In this document: piece after piece, positions 63,144 to 64,000 of the stretch
Position numbering within the stretch: the first letter of the stretch is position 1
Layout: the number at the start of each line of letters is the position of its first letter
NCBI GenBank assembly: GCA_040755995.1
Contig: JBFMAF010000036.1
Coordinates: 256,001-320,000, forward strand
DNA: 64,000 bases
Source of the DNA: Acidobacteriota bacterium
Lineage (GTDB): Bacteria > Acidobacteriota > CAIWXX01
Direction of reading: 5' to 3'
Notes under the pieces: generated by a model
What the model was told of the DNA's origin: nothing
Database searches by the model: none
What the model saw: the letters and a program-made list of their open reading frames with translations, nothing else
Made by a program: the position numbers and the translations under genes

Positions 63144-63302
63144 ACTGGTCGATGTGGTATCATGCGCAACTGTCAAGCAGCTACGGATGCCAAGAACCAA
63201 CGACATCACCACCGGGCGCCCGCAAAGAGGTATCATGGCCCGGCGTCCGACAGGAGGCAGCCCGGAGGTGTGGATCGTGTGCAATGCGCGGATGGGTGAG
63301 TC

Positions 63303-64000
63303 ATGTGGACCCAGGTGGTGATTCTGCTGGTCAGCCTGGCCGTACTGGCCGCCGGCGCTGAGGCGCTCGTGAGGGGGGCGTCACGGCTGGCGCTGAGCCT
63401 CGGCATATCGTCCCTCGTAGTCGGCCTGACGGTCATAGCTTACGGAACCAGTGCCCCAGAGATGCTGGTGAGCGTGCTGGCGGCGCTGCGTGGCAACGCC
63501 GACATCGCCGTGGCCAACGTAGTCGGCAGCAACCTCTTCAACACGCTGCTGATCCTGGGCCTGTGCGCCATCGTACGTCCGCTTCTCGTGACCCCGCGGC
63601 TTCTCAGGCGCGACGTCCCAATCATGATCGGTGCCACCGTGCTGCTGGCGACCGTGGCCGTCGACGGCCGCATAAGCCGGATCGAGGGCCTGTTGCTGGC
63701 CGCCGGCACCGCCGCCTATACGCTTTTCTGCATTCGGACGGCACGCGGGCGGGACCACCATGTTGAGCACGGCGGAGACGACCGTCGGGGCTCCGGCAGC
63801 AATCGGCTCAAGAATTGCGGGCTGGTGGTTGCCGGCCTCGTCATCATGATCCTCGGCGCCCGGTCGCTGGTATCAAGCGCGGTGGCCATCGCGCGAGCCG
63901 TTGGCGTGAGCGACCTCATCATAGGGCTCACGGTAGTCGCGGCGGGCACCTCGCTGCCCGAAGTCGCAACTTCGGTCGTCGCCACCCTGCGCGGCCAGCG
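63303..64000 (+). CDS. Ca2+/Na+ antiporter (YrbG/CaCA family), runs off window end
   Basis: Not in the ORF track; my translation gives GLTVIAYGTSAPE, NVVGSNLFN, GLTVVAAGTSLPE. Confidence 0.92.
   Translation, partial: MWTQVVILLVSLAVLAAGAEALVRGASRLALSLGISSLVVGLTVIAYGTSAPEMLVSVLAALRGNADIAVANVVGSNLFNTLLILGLCAIVRPLLVTPRLLRRDVPIMIGATVLLATVAVDGRISRIEGLLLAAGTAAYTLFCIRTARGRDHHVEHGGDDRRGSGSNRLKNCGLVVAGLVIMILGARSLVSSAVAIARAVGVSDLIIGLTVVAAGTSLPEVATSVVATLRGQ

Overview
GC-rich bacterial chromosomal window, with no rRNA, tRNA or CRISPR array seen. Left part (1-13.6 kb): MFS tail, PLP dehydratase, type II thioesterase, EamA/Lrp pair, Hsp70-like protein, PMT/TPR glycosyltransferase, and two paralogous membrane-anchored HEAT proteins flanking a GPP34-family gene. 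13.9-22.9 kb: a teneurin-like RHS/YD polymorphic toxin whose N-terminus is split off by a frameshift, a candidate immunity gene, and a debris field of XRE, RAYT (Y1 transposase) and Xer recombinase fragments. 23-40.9 kb: HEAT + HD-domain pair, M48 peptidase, a metallophosphoesterase with a beta-propeller inserted inside its catalytic domain, and an ECF sigma/Ser-Thr kinase pair between two M4 peptidases. 41-44 kb: OYE-family flavin oxidoreductase, RidA and two unknown ORFs. 44.6-49.2 kb: PIN toxin-antitoxin pair, truncated ABC permease, BNR-repeat protein. 49.2-57.8 kb: a minus-strand operon (acyl-CoA dehydrogenase, fused reverse-order B12 acyl-CoA mutase with a remodelled substrate pocket, class III CoA-transferase, three-subunit xanthine-dehydrogenase-family Mo enzyme) with hydantoinase-B remnants upstream. 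Its gene content matches the anaerobic indole-3-acetate (iaa) pathway, and it is the best candidate for a new catabolic system. Right end: secreted unknown proteins and a partial Ca2+/Na+ antiporter. All calls are from motif reading by eye; no database searches were run.
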